NCBI RefSeq assembly: GCF_963921235.1
Contig: NC_086097.1
Coordinates: 140,494,001 to 140,558,000, forward strand
Length of the DNA stretch: 64,000 nucleotides
Origin: Mobula hypostoma
Taxonomy: Eukaryota
Direction: 5' to 3'
Shown here: positions 12,511-24,990 of the stretch, in pieces
How positions within the stretch are numbered: the first letter of the stretch is position 1
How the letters are laid out: each line of letters starts with the position of its first letter
The notes under the pieces: generated by a model
Databases searched by the model: none
What the model was told of the DNA's origin: nothing
Seen by the model: only the letters and a program-made list of their open reading frames with translations
Position numbers and translations under genes: made by a program

Positions 12511-14736
12511 ACTCTGGACATGCTAAATTAACAATGGTGGCACCGCAAGGCATTGATTTCAAAACCCCACACCCCTTTCCAACCTGAAATAAACCAAACT
12601 GAACCCCTTTGTCACCGCTGCAAATACCTGTTTCTCTCAAGTTGGTCACTTCTGCTAAACAACTGGCAATTGATGAAGTCCCCATGTCATCTTCCATTAA
12701 TGTTGCTTCCTTACAGCAAAACTAAGCCTCTCACTGTGTCAGAATCAGCAATTAAATCCGGCCCCAAATACAGTGCTTTCATCTCTGCACATTGTAACTT
12801 GAACCATCTCACTGAGGGTCTGATGGAGACACAACCCCTGCCCTCTGCACAAGTGATCACACCTCCCCTCCTTCTGGCATTTCAAATACCCTCAGAATGG
12901 TTTTCTGATTCAGTCTGAAGGTTACAGTACATTCAGCTCGTCGTCAGACCTGACAAACCATGTCTTCCCACAGCTGGTTCCACCTATTGGTGTGTCCTCT
13001 TTCGGGTCCACCTCCAGGGAAGCTGCATCTCCACACAAACTCCTCACTTGAGACGATAGCTTATACCCGTGACACAGGAAATCACACCACTGTCACTCTC
13101 CTGATAGCACCCGGGAAGCAGTACTGCAACATAAAAGCCAGGACCAACAGGCTCTATCAATTCAGCCACTCATCTTCCTTTGCTCCAAAGAGAAAAGCCC
13201 TAGCTTGCTCAGCCTACCCTCATAAGACAGGCTCTCTAATCCAGGCAGCATTCTGATAAATCTCATCTGCACCCCCTCTAAAGTTATCACATCCTTTCTA
13301 TAATGAGATGGCCAAAAATGAACACAATACTTCAATTGGTATACATAGTTTTATAGAGCTACAATATTACTTCATAGGACTTGAACTCAATTCCCTGACT
13401 AAAGAAGACCAGCATACTATACACTTTCTTAACCATCCGATCAACTTGTACAGCAAAACAGAGGAATCTATACGGATCTGGAACCCAAAATCTAAAATCA
13501 GCTGTAATAATGTAGCGTCGTAACAACTTTTGGGACCACTACTGAGAAAGCAAGTATTGTCACTGTAGAGTTGCAGTACAGGTTCTCTAGAAAGATGCTT
13601 ATATTTAAAGGATTACACAAAAACTCAAGTTTGGCCCATACACCATGGAGTTGGTAGAGACAATATGATTGAGGTGCTTTAAATTATACTAAGATATGTA
13701 AACAATAGGTATTGACAATGGAATCCACATCAGTAGGGGCATCATCACAAGTTCAGAACTATTCTATGAGAAGTAAAACCAGGTAGAATCTTCGCATTAA
13801 GAAAATGTTAAATTCTAAATTCCTTTTCCCAAAAGGCAGAGGACTGTAAAATACATGGATCAAATACAATGCACAAATGAAACAATTTCTGTCTGAAATT
13901 ACAGAGCTCATAATTAGTCCTGTTTTGTACTACTAATGAATATGCACATCAATTCTACTGAAAAAACCAAAAGTGACATTAACTTCAAATAGATTAGAAT
14001 GACAGAATAAAAACAAAGCACTGATGCAGTTTCATGTCACAACCTAATCTTTCAAGTAAAGTTGATTGTCTGGATAGACACAACAAGTAAATTTCTGAAT
14101 ATATTTCTTGGAAAAGAAATAAAAATGATAAAGTGACTGCCTATTTTATTCTCACAGAAATACCGGAGGTGAGTTGGCTTAAAAGTGCTTCTGTTAGATA
14201 GCCAGGAACAGGTTCTATTCATCCTTTGAGTTATACAGAAGAAAGCAAAAACCAAAATAGACAATAATTATGCACCTTTATACCATATTCAATTACACCA
14301 AACATCTTACAATTACAGTTGTTATACTTACTTCTGCAAATGCATAATGTGCATGTTATCTTTGTGATGTGTTCTAATTTGTTTACTGTTCACTAGATTT
14401 CTTTTATCAGAGTACAAAATTTGAGCATTTTTTTAAAAATCATTTTTGTAGTCTTAAAATATTATAGGTTATCTAGACAGAGATGTCACTAATGACACGA
14501 GCAACAGATCTTGCCAGCATTTTTCAAGTAAATAACCAAATCAAAATAGGTTCAGTAATAACTTTCTAATTACATCAGCAATACAATCCAAAATAATTAC
14601 ACACATTGAAATGTTAAGCTTTGGCTGTTATTTCCTAAACATAACTACAGATTAAAGTAGAAGGAATGTTTACTTGGAGTTAATTATTTTTCTCTTCACT
14701 CTATCAAAACATGGTAGACAAGAAGCAAATACTCAC

Positions 14737-14911
14737 TTGTAGCTTTCAACATGTCGACTTGACGAGACAGTAATGAAGGAATCTGTCCTGGAGCAATATT
14801 TCAATGGGCCTGGCAAAAGACAATTAGGCAAGAAACGCCTAAAAGCAAAGCTTTCCTGTTCAAAGAACATCAGCATCCCATCCATGGACTGAATGCAAAT
14901 TAAATCACGAC
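14737..14911 (-). CDS. BBS9: BBS9 coding exon 5 (175 nt)
   Basis: GRDLICIQSMDGMLMFFEQESFAFRRFLPNCLLPGPLKYCSRTDSFITVSSSRHVESYK. Acceptor caacatag after a pyrimidine tract, donor gtgagt. Confidence 0.97.
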
Positions 14912-15369
14912 CTATGTTGAAAAAAAACAGCAAAGTGATATTTCAAAACAAAACTGCCACTAATCGCTAAATTATCACACAACCTGCCTTCAGAACTTCT
15001 CTCTCTCTGCCTCCCTCAAGTGTTAGAAGTCACTTGTTGACAGGAGTATAAACATGACAGCAGGCAGCTGCAAAATTGCTGTATTCAGGGAATGAAAAAA
15101 ATAGAAGTAACATGAGAATTTGTGCATGAGGAGAAATGGAAAAAGATAATGGAAAAAAACTGTAAAGAATGAACTGCTTTAGAAGCAAACAATTATAGTT
15201 TTTTCACAAATCTGGAGCTGGAAATGAATTATCAGCTCCAAAGTGAATATATGGAAAGCCCAGCTATACCACAACATTTGGTAATAGTACCAAAGTTTTG
15301 ATACTGGGACTTTCTCCTGTATGGACAAGTCAGTGTGAGAATGAAAAGGGAACTAAAACAGCATACAGC

Positions 15370-16420
15370 TAGAAGACCTAGCTACATCTGTCTAGTTGGC
15401 TATGTGGAACAGTCATGCTCCAAATCTTCTTCAGTACCACTCTCCATTGTACTGACAGCTGCTTCCTACACCCATGTGGAACTCTTCAATTTTGTCTCTT
15501 TCACTACTAATTTCCACCTTGTTTTCAACTTCACTTGGACCATTTCTGGTCCTTCTCTCTCTTTTCTAGATCTGTGTCCAGCTCAGGAGATAAACAATCT
15601 ACTGACATTTACTATATCCACCAACTCCCACAGCTACCTAAACTACACCTCTTCCCATCCTGTCCCTTGTAAGGACGCCATCTCTTTCTCCAAATTACTC
15701 TATCCAAATCTGCTGTCAAAATGAGGCCTTCCATTCCAGGGCATTGGAAATGTCTGTTTATTTTTTAAAAAAAACAGGGAAAAATGGCTTCCCTTCTGCT
15801 GTGGTTGATGGAGACCTCTTACATTTCTTGTGTCTCAAACTTCTGCTCTCATCCCAACTACCTTCATATAGAAGAGGGATAAAGATCCCTTCTACCACAC
15901 TGGCCTCTGCATCAAGCACATTATCCTCAGTCATTTCCACAAGCTTCAATGAGGTTCCACTACTAGCTACATCTTCTCCTCAACCCTGTTCCATCTTACA
16001 CAGGGACCTCCCTCTCCCCACCCATCAGCCTAGTCACTTTCACTTGCAATCATAGGAAGTACAACACTTGTTCATACACCCCTCCCACCATCTAGCCCTT
16101 CCAGGTGAGGCAAATTTCATGTGCACCTCCTCCAATCTCACCTACTGCATTCAGTGTTCCCAGCATGGCAAAACCAAGCGTATACCAGGTGACTGTTTTG
16201 CAGAGTATCTGCACCGTTCGTAATCGCCATCATAAGCTTTCAGTTGCATGCCATTTTAATTCCCCTTCCCATTCCCACACCAACCTCTCTAACTTTGGCC
16301 TTTCCACTGCCACACTGAGGCCCTACACAAAGCAAAGGAATAACACCACCTCGTTTTTTTCCCCATCGGTAATCTACAACTCAATGGTATGAATAATGAA
16401 TTTTCCAATTTCTGGTAACC
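15370..16420 (+). mobile_element. Old Penelope-like element fragment
   Basis: PSYICLVGYVEQ, FTWTISGPSLSFLD, NSHSYLNYTSSHP and VACHFNSPSHSH are homologous to the 8165-9855 element. Confidence 0.75.
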
Positions 16421-18682
16421 ATCACCTGATTTTCTTCCACCAGTCCTTTTCTCCCCCAGCCCTCCTTCAGTCCTCTATTTTCTTCCTTGTTCATATATCC
16501 TCCACCCCTACAGCCACCATTCATGCATTTTTGTCCTCCCAGTTCCACCCATATACTACCTATATATTTCACCCAACACCATCTCACATCTTCTCCCCAC
16601 CCACTCCCCATGTGGTCTGGTTCCATCTGCCATTCCCCCTTCCCCTAATAGTTCCCATTAACACCTTCTTTCCTTTATCAGATTCCTGCACTGGTAGCCT
16701 TTGTGCTAGACTACAAGACAGAGGAGCAGAATTAAGCCATTCACGCTTTTCACCCTCACACTTAAAAGTTTCCATTTATCACCCTCCTGCATCTACCCTC
16801 AACCCCCTCCCTCCACTTGGGTCCATCTGTCTCCATATTTCATCTATCTGCCTCTTTTTCTCCCCCCCCCAACTCCACCCACACTTTCCCCCATCTGACT
16901 CCAATTGCCCAACATTCTTCACTCTTCCACGAGACAGCAAATAAAAAATAAAAGCCAAATGCAGAGCTTTATTTTTAATCAGTTCATAAGCTAATTTCAA
17001 CCTAGACAAACAATAACAGTTTAGACTTCATTTGTTTTTGACTTGGTGGGAATATAAATTTAATTACCAACTGTTACACAATTACCACAACTATTTAAAT
17101 CTTACAATATGATATTCATTAAACAAATGCACATTTCCTATATTCTAATTCTTCTACCCTCATCCATCTTCCAGACAGGTCAGCATTGCCATTCCTCTTA
17201 GAGATGGAACAATTTTTGACTCCATCCGGCACAGCCATTCCCTTTGTTCTCTTCACCAACTTAAAATAATGCAATATTGACAGGCAAGGATAATACGTGC
17301 TTGTTTTGTCAACTGATCTCTAAAATAATAGTCAATTTCATGAAAGTTATCAAAATTAGAACATAACCAAAAAAAAACAAGGAATTGCTAACAATCCTCT
17401 GCTCATCTTGGGACACAGTTTCACAAGGGTGCCAAGATGATATGATGTCACCATTATTCCAACCAAGGAACTGACCAAGGTAACTGCCAAAACTAGATAA
17501 AAGTCATGGATGTGACTTTTTTTTTGTTTCAGTTTTATCTTGGGTGCTATCTTAGTGCACAATCTCTTAACCAGAAATGATTGAGCTCTGTAAGCATTTT
17601 TACTAAAAATCTTTTTGACCCAATTTGAGATCCACGAAAGAATTTGCCTGCCATCAACTTTTTGCTCTTTTCAATTTGTTGCTGACAACACAGTGGAACT
17701 CAAATTGCACAAACAATCCACTTGAAATCCTATGATTATCCAAATTAGTGCCAAGAATTTTTTATTTGGAGCAGGAAATTAAGAACTTTTAACTCTGAAT
17801 CCGTATGGTCTACTGGTTTTGTGGAGTCCTAACAAAGCAGCTGGAGAGTTTTCCCACATTTGTACAAAACCAAGCTGATCCTGTGATGGATAAATCCACT
17901 TCTGAAGAAATGCTGGAAAAAAAATGCTTCAAACTTGTATTGGTAATATTCACTAAAGAAATTATTGGCTGCAACTATAGTCAATAATGCCTGATCTCAT
18001 TTACCTTGCAAGGAAAGTTACAAGAACCACTTGCCAACTAGTAGGAAATTATAAATACTCACCAACTTTCATTACTTTTCTGCATGGAGTAAATGGTGGT
18101 GGTGGTGGTGGGGGGGGGAGTGGATTTCCAGCCACTGGCAAAATCAACATATTTTGCTCATACCTAGCTTCCCGAGAGAAAGTGCTGCAAGGTCTAGCTT
18201 CCCTGTCCTTTTATAGTAATATAGTATGGCCAGTCATAGTTACCTGAAGTACTAGGAGGCAGAGTAAATGATAGATTATCATAATTTACTGTGTTCTGCC
18301 AACTGAGAACAAGTAGCCATTTCAGTACTTAAAAGAATAATCATAGGTACAGATATCTATAAGGAGTAGTAGCATGCTAAAGATTACCTAGAGTAAAACA
18401 AAGGCAACAAATGTTTACATTGCATCCTGAATAGACCAAGATATCATGCAGGCTTTTTTTTTTGCTGAATCAATGAAGGGGAAGGCTTAGGACTAGGTGA
18501 TTAAAAAAATGAAAGAGCACAAAATTTGCCACAGATACGTGAATGTAGATTTTCCACTTGCCACGCAAACATTACTTTACTGTTGCTATAGTCTGACCTC
18601 TGTAGGAAGCAACATTGATCATAATTCAACTTCCACAAATGTCTTGTAAGCAAGGTAAGATAACTACAACATATATTCTCAC

Positions 18683-18796
18683 CTTTCACACCACCAAAAC
18701 CTCCAAATGTTAAGTTGTAAGCTGTCCCCTGAAGATTGTGTTCGTAAATTAGTTTCAGCTGGTACTGATTTCCATGTTCAACTGTACCCATAGTAC
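18683..18796 (-). CDS. BBS9: BBS9 coding exon 4 (114 nt)
   Basis: GTMGTVEHGNQYQLKLIYEHNLQGTAYNLTFGGFGGVK(G). Acceptor ttgacag, donor gtgaga. Confidence 0.96.
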
Positions 18797-20617
18797 CTGT
18801 CAACCAATAAAAAATAATTGGAAGATGAAAAAAAGGCCATCTGCTTCAAAGAAAAACAAATTCATCTCTAATTAAGGCCAATGAACCTTTGAACCTTTCC
18901 CATGCATTAAAATACACTTACGTAACTGCTGGAAAAATAAAAAATCCAAATTATAGAATATCTGGCTCAAAATACAAGAGGCAGATTCCATCACAAAGCA
19001 TGTGAAGGAGTTTACTCTGATAACAATGGGAAAGACATCTGTTCTCACTTGATGTGAAGAGGTTCTTTCAAGCATTTCATCATGTAGGTACCACATATTA
19101 ACAGACAAGAAGAAAATTCTATGGCTGCTGGAAATCTGACTGATGAAAACGAAGTGAAACTAATCAAACTGCACAGTTGCTCCTGCACTGCATTCTACAG
19201 ACAACTTACACCTGTGTGTGTCTCTGAAAACTAATTTCAACCTCAGCATCGCTTCCTCATACCAATCTTACATTGCTTAATTTTCTCAATATCTCAAAAC
19301 ATATCAGGCTATCTTAAATATAGTTAGCAACTCAGCTTTGTTTTCATGTTTAAATTTCTCCTTCCTTTCAGGTAGTGAGACTTCCACCTAATCTGCATGT
19401 GATTCAGCAAGACCATCATATAAGCCAACTTTGACCAGTGGATAATAGCATATTCTCCCACATCAGATACAGAATGTCCAGCATCTATCTCATCGTAAAT
19501 GCAATAATTCAATACTTGTTTTTTAATGACTTATCAAACATCTTTTTTTATCCACACAAACCTCAATACTGCAGCTAAACAATTGAGTCATGTCATGATT
19601 AAATACAAAATTTTTGCTTGCCATCTTCATATTGTCGGCTCTAATAGCATACTAAGCTTTGAATTATTTTGACCATACATCTCCAAAGAGCCCCTGAAAT
19701 TCCAAATAAAATTTAGATGGCTCATTCATGTAGACAGCCATTGCTACAAACTCCTCTTGTTCAATATTTACACCTTGAAACTACAGAAAAGCATTTTAAA
19801 TTTATGTTTTATTCACCTGAAGATTCAATTTCCAGTTTATGTCCAGACATGTATGATTAGGGCAAAAAGAAAATACCTGCCATAAAAAGCTAAGGATATT
19901 TAGGCTGGAGCACACTCATACATAACTACAATGTCCTCAAAAGTCCTGGCTCTTTTATGCTATCTATCAGGCCTAGCCCCCAATCAGATTGCCACTTATT
20001 TTAAAAGCTCCACCTCAGGGCTAAAGAACCATACATGAAAACTACCCATAATTAAACAGCCCAAAACAGTGCAAGATAAAGGTTGGTATTTTAGGCACAA
20101 CAAGACCGAATCTGCAGCTTTATAACTTTTTTTGAGAAATTTCTGACTTCTTTCCACGAAGGCTTGCTCCATAATTTCCAATTAATGGAATGCAATTCAA
20201 TCTAAATGGGATTCAGAAACTTGCTCTTCAAACTGCTCAAGCTGGTGGCTGAGAAGGCAGAGGATTTTTTGTAACTTGAGTTTAAAATTCTGTATTTAAA
20301 AGGTTAACAATGCAATAGTGGTATCAATATCATCAATTTTGGATAAAATCAATACTTGAACCTGGCTGGAAGGCCAAGGAGAGTTTATTCGTCATATACG
20401 CCAGGAAAACACTAGATCCTTTTTCACAGCAACATAATTCCAAAACTTCTAAATTCCGTATTAAACTCATCACTTTCACAAGTTAATGAACAGATCCTCA
20501 CCAAATACCATTAAACTTATTAGTGTGCATACAAGAAAATTCAAACACTTTGATCTTTAGCTTAAAACCAGAAAAATAAAAGCGCAAACAAGGTACAAAT
20601 TTGTAAGCATATGTTAC

Positions 20618-20682
20618 CTGAGACAGCATGAACAGATAGTTTTCTTGGATGTAAAACTGCCATGTGGAGGAGTTCTGTACCT
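20618..20682 (-). CDS. BBS9: BBS9 coding exon 3 (65 nt)
   Basis: Read by hand as (S)GTELLHMAVLHPRKLSVHAVS(G). Acceptor ttcctgcag, donor gtaaca. Phases match both flanking exons. Confidence 0.95.
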
Positions 20683-22312
20683 CTGCAGGAATAAACCAAA
20701 TAATTTAACTGCAAATCATTTTAAGGCAGCTGCAAAACCAAACTCATAGTTGGCTTTTGAATAACTTTTTCTGAAAATAAATTTGAATTAAACTTCAAGC
20801 CGATGCACAGTGAACTTGCTTCTGCAAATCATGATCAGATTTTTTTTAATTCAATGCCTCTCAACTATATAATTTCAAATCATTGAATTGTTAATAGCTT
20901 TTTGAATGTAAATCAGAAGGTTATTTTTGATTAGGACTTTGAGAGAATCCATTACACATAATATAAGAACTTAACGTAGCAAATTTGAAAATATTGAATT
21001 AAAAACCAAAAAGCCATCTAAACGTCACTCCTTTGTCACCGAGCAGGTTTAAAGAACTACAAATACACATCCTTCCACATTTGGTATTGATTCCATTAAA
21101 AAACAAGTTCAAGTTTAATTGAACTATGCACATGAATACAGCCAAACAAAACAGCATTCCTTTGTGGTCAAGGTGCAAAACACAGTACCAACAGTCACAC
21201 ACACACAGCACATACAATTATAAAAAAGTTACAAAAAAAAATAGCCCAAGTCCGAGTGTCAAGGCCCATATGCAATCTAGCTTGTCTTCCACCAAGCAAA
21301 CAATGGAGAGCGGCACCGACAGGAGGGGTCCCAGAAGCCAACCTGGTACAGAATCCAGTGGCACACACCATCTCCTGCGTCTCCTTCCCCAGCGGCCACA
21401 ACAGGCGATCCTGAGGGACGAGAGCTTGGTTCACACAGCAACCGAGGCAACTCGGCCTCCCCGGCATCACTCTTGCCAATGAACCAGTTGATGAGACTCT
21501 CAGTATTCTATATTACCAATGTCCAACAGGGTCTTGCAAATATATTATTTATCCATGTGACTAATACCAGAAAAACGGCAGAATACAAGACTTGTTATAT
21601 TTCTGTCTTCCCCCAACTGCTCTCAACAAATCTTGAAGGTTCCATCTGAAAATTGGAAACTTGGTAAATTGGGTACCTGAAAAAATATTACCAATTTTGT
21701 AGGGAATTCTTCATTTTTGTAATTATCCTCATGAATTATTGAGAAAACTGCCCACATTATTGAAGAAATTCCCACCTGCTGATGGTACAATCTGAAATGT
21801 GCTGTTGGAAGGATGGCGAAAGTAAGCTTAACATCAAATTTGAAAAGGGAATTGGCAAATTATTTTAATACTTTGGAGGACTGTTGGGAGAGAGCAATGG
21901 AATGCGACCAACTGGATAATAATTAAATGACAAAGAATCTAAAGGGATTTCCATTATAATTAGTCAATAATCACTTCCCCACCACAAAATGTAGAAGAGG
22001 TAACCCAACATCAGTTCACTTTATTCAAAAAAAGTCTGAAAATATGCTCTGCACCTTGTAACGGACTGATGGCCCAAAACTATCTTCTATCGTCTGTTAG
22101 ATAGCCCTCAGGATTGAGGGCAACTTGCTTCCAATGCCGTTTGGTGGGTTCAGAGGTGGAGGTCTCTGATGTCACTTGTTTATCATTCCAGACAATTTGA
22201 AGGATTTTGTAAAGACATTTCTGGTATTTTTTCAGATCCCTAGAGCTATTTCTTTTCCCTTAAATGAAGGTAGAGCTTCCATTTCAAGAATGCCTCACAT
22301 CTATAGTTAATA

Positions 22313-23873
22313 CAGGTATCCCCCGCTTTTCGAACACTCGCTTTATGAAACCTGTTACGAAAGACCTACATTAGTACTCTGTTTTCACTTTCAGAAGGTA
22401 TTTTCACTATTACGAAAAAAATTCAGCACGCAATAAAAAATTCAGCGGCAATAAAAAGCAGTGCACGCCCCGAGCAGCCGCTCTCCCCGGATTCGGAACG
22501 GCATTCTCGCCAGCATTGCTTTAACACGAGCCTGTGAGCAGTCGTTTGCAAGATGAGTTCTATGGTGTCGGAAAAGCCTGAAAGACCTCGTAAGGGTGTT
22601 ACACTTAGCGTAAAACTAGACATAATTAAGTGTTTCGATCGTGGTGAACAAAGTAAGGACTAAGTGAGTTTGGCTTGTGGAAGCTGACGAAGATGATGTT
22701 GAAGAGGTTTTGGCATCCCATGACCAAGAACTGATAGATGAAGAGCTGATGCAATTGGAAGAGGAAAGAATAACAATCGAAACCGAATGAGTAATGATAA
22801 AGTACGACTTTAATTTTGAAAGGGTACGTAGGTTTAGGGGATATTTGCAAGATTCTTTGAGTCCTTACAAAGAACTGTATGATAGAAAAATGCGCGAGGC
22901 TCAGCAGTCAAGCAAGCCTTCCACATCAGCCACCGCAGACGACGAACCTCGACCTTCAACATCGAGGCAGGCAGTCATAGGCGAAGATGAGCTGCCTGCC
23001 CTGATCGACGATGAGATGACACCCTCGTGTCCCACCACCCCAACACCCGGGCCCCGGACAGATACTGTACTGATTCGCGGAGAATGCAGCAGTAGCCGGG
23101 AGGCACACAGCACACCTTTAAGAAAAAAGCCAAAATAAACATGCTAATTAATTAGGTGCCACCCCACACGTAATTGTCGGCCCAGATCACAGACGACGCA
23201 ATCGGAAATCGGCACCGATCTGGGCCGACAATTACGTGTCAGGCAGCACGTAATTAATTAGCATGTTTATTTCGGCTTTTTTCTTAAAGATGTGCTGGGT
23301 GCGTCCCGGCTACCGCTGGATCCCTGCGTGCTTCGCGGCAATGTATCGGTTGGTGGCCCGGAGGGTGGGGGCCACTGCACAACCCAAAGCCCGACTCAGC
23401 CTAACACACCATCATCAATGTGCTCTGTGCTGTCCCGATTCCGGTAAGTGATACTACACTGTACACACATTATTTCTACTTTATATCGGCTGTGTATTTT
23501 TACGCGTTATTTGGTATGATTTGGCAGCTTCATAGCTTAAAGGTTACTGGAGAGCGTTTGCGCCGTGTTTTTGCCGAGAGCGCTTGCATGAGATTTTCGC
23601 TACGGAGATCTGTGCAGGCAATCGTTGTAGAGAAGTATTTCTACTTTATATAGGCTGTGTATTTAGCATATCATTCCTGCTTTTACTATATGTTACTGTT
23701 ATTTTAGGTTTTACGTGTTATTTGGCATGATTTGGTAGGTTATTTTTGGGTCTGCGAACGCTCACAAAATTTTCCCATATAAATAAATGGTAATTGCTTC
23801 TTCTCTTTACAACATTTCAGCTTACAAACCGTTTCATAGGAACGCTCTACCTTCAGATGGCGGGGGAAACCTG
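22313..23873 (+). mobile_element. Tigger/pogo-type (Tc1/mariner superfamily) non-autonomous deletion derivative
   Basis: TA on both sides. TIRs CAGGTATCCCCCGC.../...GCGGGGGAAACCTG. Transposase remnants RKGVTLSVKLDIIKCFDRGE (HTH-psq-like) and EDDVEEVLASHDQELIDEELMQLE. No DDE domain seen. Confidence 0.88.
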
Positions 23874-24719
23874 TATGCTCTTTGATCTCATCATTATCAT
23901 CAAACCAGACCTGGGTGGCTCTTGATAGAGAAACCAAGAGTCTCTTCACTGCATCTGTGATGAGAGGACCTGCCTGAGGCATGATGCCTTTGTTGGGTCT
24001 TGATAGCTTCAATTTTGATCTTGTGTAATTGCTGTGAGGTTGATATTTGGGACCAAATTGATGAATATAACAGAGTGGTTTAAATAGTAGTCAGTGCAGC
24101 ATTGATGTCGGATTTGCTGTTGCTTCCCCAGATGAGGCAATCCAACATATATAGAACATTACAGCACAGAACAGATCTTTCCACTCATGATGTTGTGCCA
24201 ATCTTTTAACCTACTCCAAGATCAATCTTACCCTTCTCTCCTACATAGCACTTCATTTTTCTACCATCGATGTGCCTATCCAAGAGTTTTTTTAAAAAAT
24301 GTCCCTAATGTATCTGCCTCTACGACCAGCACTAGCAGTACATGCCATGCATCCATCATTTGCTGTGTAAAGAACTTACCTCTGATTCCCTTCCAATCAT
24401 TTTAAAATTATGCCCCTTTATATTAACTATTTCTACCCTGGGAAAAAAAGGTCTCTGGCTACCCTCCCTGTCTACGCCTCTTATCTTGTACACCTCTATC
24501 AAGTTCACTTCTCATCCTCTGCACTCTGATGAATGATTCACTCTCTTCAGCTTCATTGCCTTTTATTAATTTGCTACTATAAGATGTTTCAATACCTTTT
24601 CTTTTGTAAATGGAAAATTCTCTGCCAGAAGGCCTGTAGCCACTACTAAGACAACAAAAGTAAAATGCTAAGACTATGTCATTAACTGTGTAAAAAAATA
24701 ACCTTACCTTGTTTAGTCA

Positions 24720-24990
24720 GAGTCTAACATGACAGGAAGAGGCTCTTCAGTTGCCCACACCCATACCGATTATCAAACATCCGGTTACACCAATTCCATT
24801 TTCCCCTCCTGTATAACCAGCTCCATCCTCCACCCACCTGTCTCAATTCTCCTTTTAACAACCTATATGAGGGGCAGTTTACAGAAGCAAATGAACCTAC
24901 CAACCAGTATGTCCTTAGAATACGGGAGGAAAATGGAATATTTGGGGGATATAAAGAGAACCTGAAAACTTCACAAAGGCAGCACTAAAG
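24720..24990 (-). mobile_element. Degenerate V-SINE-like element
   Basis: The reverse complement resembles the V-SINE central domain (GTGGAGTTTGCAnGTTCTC...TTTCCTCCCAC...AAAGAC), recalled from memory. Confidence 0.45.

Noticed and set aside
16396..16944. 182-aa Pro/Ser/Phe-rich ORF
   Set aside because: Low-complexity pyrimidine-rich PLE 3' region; open by composition.
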